From an uncultured Methanolobus sp. (lineage in GTDB: Archaea; Halobacteriota; Methanosarcinia; Methanosarcinales; Methanosarcinaceae), in the NCBI GenBank assembly GCA_963675495.1, contig OY776215.1:2624001-2688000 (forward strand): 64,000 nucleotides of DNA. The letters run 5' to 3'. This document shows positions 61,517-64,000 of this stretch, one piece after another. A program made the position numbers and the translations under genes. Every line of letters begins with the position of its first letter. The stretch's first letter is position 1. Below the pieces are notes generated by a model. The model did not search any database. It was not told the DNA's origin and saw only the letters and a list, made by a program, of their open reading frames with translations.

Positions 61517-62167
61517 TCATTTCATAAGCTGTGTTGCAATACGAGCAGCATCCGCTGCGTTCTTTGCCGTCGCATCAGCTCCAATCTCTTTTATCCAGTT
61601 TTCAGAAACCGGTGCTCCACCAAACATGATCTTCACAGAATCCCGCAGTCCTTCTTCTTCAATAGCTTCCACGGTATCTTTCTGACCCTGCATTGATGTT
61701 GTCATGAGTGCAGAACCTGCAAGAAGTATCTTGCCACCATTGAGCTTTTTAATCTCATCAATGATGTTTTCGTTTGACACGTCTACACCAAGATCGACTA
61801 TATTGAAACCATTTACACCCAGCATTATTGTGACCAGTCGATGTCCGATCTCATGGATGTCCCCTTCCTGTACAAAAGTGAGAGCAGTTCCAACACTTTC
61901 AGCCGTCTTGTCTTTTTCAAGCTCAGGGGTGAGTATTTTCATGGCACCATCCATAGCCTTTGCAGACATCATTATATGAGGGAGGTAAAGTTCTCCTAAT
62001 TCATACTTGTCACCAACTATCTTCATGCCTGCTGCAAGACCTGCGTTTATAGCATCAAAAGCACTAATACCTGCTTCAAGGGATTCTTTTGCAGCTGCTG
62101 TACAACCCTTTATGTCCTGAGTTACAATTGTATCCCGGAGTTTGTCCAGGATTTCCCGGTTTGGCAT
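61517..62167 (-). CDS. Methyltransferase-cognate corrinoid protein, MtmC-like
   Basis: GMKIVGDKY..LPHIMMSAKAM, EGDIHEIGHRLV, DLGVDV, GSALMTTSM, MFGGAPVS. Confidence 0.92.
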   Translation of the reverse strand: MPNREILDKLRDTIVTQDIKGCTAAAKESLEAGISAFDAINAGLAAGMKIVGDKYELGELYLPHIMMSAKAMDGAMKILTPELEKDKTAESVGTALTFVQEGDIHEIGHRLVTIMLGVNGFNIVDLGVDVSNENIIDEIKKLNGGKILLAGSALMTTSMQGQKDTVEAIEEEGLRDSVKIMFGGAPVSENWIKEIGADATAKNAADAARIATQLMK

Positions 62168-62222
62168 ATTTATCCTCCTTATAGTGGTTTAACCCAAAAG
62201 AATATTGGATTTTACTGATTAT

Positions 62223-63299
62223 TTATTCATACTTTCCATATTTTTCTGCAGCATCCAACATGGCCATTAATTTAATAGGTGCCACGAAGGGAGGGAATTC
62301 ACAACCTGCTGCCAGTATAAATCCTGATGGGGAATTCATTCCTTCTAGTATGTTCTGTCCGCATATTTCCACTAGATCCTCGTATGATTCGGTAAGGAAG
62401 AGCGATGGATTTACATTACCGCAGACGACATCGTGGTCGCCGAATGCTTCTACCTGAGTCTTTACGGGTGTTTCCGGACCAAAGAGCCAGACGTATTTTC
62501 CAGACCATCCCATCTCGTTCCTTAATTTGACATAGTAGGGGATATTCTTGTTCTGGTCAGAACACGGATGCATAAGCACAGAATTCACTCCCAGGTCTTT
62601 CAAATGAGTATGGATCCTTTTCATGTAGGGATAGGCAAATTCTCCAAACATATCAGCCGATATCATAGTATTGGATTCAGAAGGTCCTCCATCGAAGGGC
62701 ATCATGTTCTCTGCACCATATTTTTCTGCAAAATAATCTACAGCATTAATGAGCATGTTACATACTTTATCGAGTAGTGAATGTGTGGCTTCAGGTTCCA
62801 TGATAAGCCAGCTCACAAATTCAGATGTATCTGCAATAACTGAGGCTGCAGTAAAAGTACTACCTACCTGTATAGAAACAGGCAAACCAAGTTCAGCACA
62901 TCTGGAAGCCAATCTGTCTGCTTGCTTATATGCACCAGGTAATTCTTTTTTAAAATCAGGTACTTCAAGTTTTTCGATGTCTTCTATATTTTCCACTGGG
63001 TGTTTTTTGACAAAAGGTGCACCCTGTCCTTTTCCATATGGATACTCGATCTCGCCACCAAATTCCAAAGCACCCATTGAGGCGTATCCATACATTGGAG
63101 TCTGTTCATAGCCGTGCAAGCGCATTGAAGTGAACTGCGCTTCAAAACATTTATCCCCATCCGCATAGAAATCACCAAGAGATATGCCCGTGATCTGTGC
63201 AGAATATCCCAGAACAAAAGGAACTACTGGTACACGGTCGGGTTTTTGTCCGGTCATTACCGCCATCATTCTTTCAGGTGGTGTCATTCTCTGTGTCAT
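62223..63299 (-). CDS. UroD/MtaA-family (methylcobamide:CoM methyltransferase-like) protein
   Basis: MTPPERM..KPDRVPVVP, MISADMFGEFAYPY, Zn ligands HPC and AGCE, GNVNP; GGAGG RBS before ATG 63299. Confidence 0.88.
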   Translation of the reverse strand: MTQRMTPPERMMAVMTGQKPDRVPVVPFVLGYSAQITGISLGDFYADGDKCFEAQFTSMRLHGYEQTPMYGYASMGALEFGGEIEYPYGKGQGAPFVKKHPVENIEDIEKLEVPDFKKELPGAYKQADRLASRCAELGLPVSIQVGSTFTAASVIADTSEFVSWLIMEPEATHSLLDKVCNMLINAVDYFAEKYGAENMMPFDGGPSESNTMISADMFGEFAYPYMKRIHTHLKDLGVNSVLMHPCSDQNKNIPYYVKLRNEMGWSGKYVWLFGPETPVKTQVEAFGDHDVVCGNVNPSLFLTESYEDLVEICGQNILEGMNSPSGFILAAGCEFPPFVAPIKLMAMLDAAEKYGKYE

Positions 63300-63964
63300 C
63301 AATGTTCTCCTCCATCTTGTTCGATTTAATTGATCTGTCATTGTTTGTCTTGTTGTTGCGATGTTCGTTTCTAGGACAAAAACCATTTTTTTGATTCACA
63401 GGAGTTAATTCTTAGGTATGCATTTTAGCTCTCCCTTTTGTCCACATAAAAGCATGTTCAAAAACTATTATATAGCATTTTCGTAGCGTTTTTATACCAA
63501 TATGTTTAAATATAACTCTTTTACAGATAGCAGGTGTACAATATATAAAAAAAATACACTAGTTATATTCTATTTATTTAAAAGTAGCTTAAACAACATG
63601 CATAGCCGTCATATTTTTCTTGGAATATTAAACGGTTGTAATAAACTTTTTATATGTGTTTTTTTAGAAAATAATAGTGAACAATGTTAAGGAAATAAAC
63701 GGAATTGAAAACTATTAAATCTGTATAAGGTAAAAATAATTTGTCTGTCAAAACTGGTTATAATATTTCTGGTCGAAAAACTCTTAAATTAGCACAAAAT
63801 GCTGGTTTTGAGCAAAAAATGGTTTAACCAATCATTTCATTATGGGCAACATTGGGTGTAATTACTTTTTAAAAATTTATATTTCTATATTAATATAGCA
63901 AATACAATGTATATTTAATATAGGAACTGTCATATATTTCTTATATATAATGTAGGTGGTAAAA

Positions 63965-64000
63965 ATGGATTCCAGTGGGTTTGAAACGTATATCACAGGA
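63965..64000 (+). CDS. Probable 5' end of a gene truncated by the window end
   Basis: TATA-like box, GGTGG RBS, then MDSSGFETYITG. Confidence 0.4.
   Translation, partial: MDSSGFETYITG

Noticed and set aside
544-63690. Numerous 60-160 aa antisense or alternate-frame ORFs in the track
   Set aside because: Shadows of well-supported genes or AT-rich intergenic noise with no motifs
63300-63960. Very AT-rich tract as a replication origin
   Set aside because: No ORB-like repeats or cdc6 visible; consistent with divergent promoters

Overview
Chromosomal segment of a methylotrophic methanogenic archaeon (Methanosarcinaceae, probably Methanolobus-like; inferred from mtxX, top6AB, rfcL, thermosome, dph5, an MtmC-like corrinoid protein and ccmABC). 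It is mostly housekeeping and conserved hypothetical genes, plus tRNA-Ile(GAT), tRNA-Ala(GGC) and two large repeat-rich surface proteins. No CRISPR array, rRNA or intact transposase/integrase was seen. Main unexplained structures: (1) a 2.3-kb element at 22749-25052 with 16-bp terminal inverted repeats, an exact 9-bp flanking direct repeat and four motifs at 20-bp spacing, carrying a secreted-protein gene and two mobile-gene relics; (2) two paralogous 34/39-aa hydrophobic micro-ORFs with shared palindromic operators and 3' hairpins, flanking a surface-protein gene; (3) a short GC-rich insert ending in a duplicated tRNA-Ile 3' end; (4) a candidate C-rich sRNA; (5) an MtmC-like corrinoid protein paired with a UroD/MtaA-family enzyme rather than mtmB; (6) a 58-aa four-CxxC protein missed by the ORF track. 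All product calls come from motif recognition; no searches were run.
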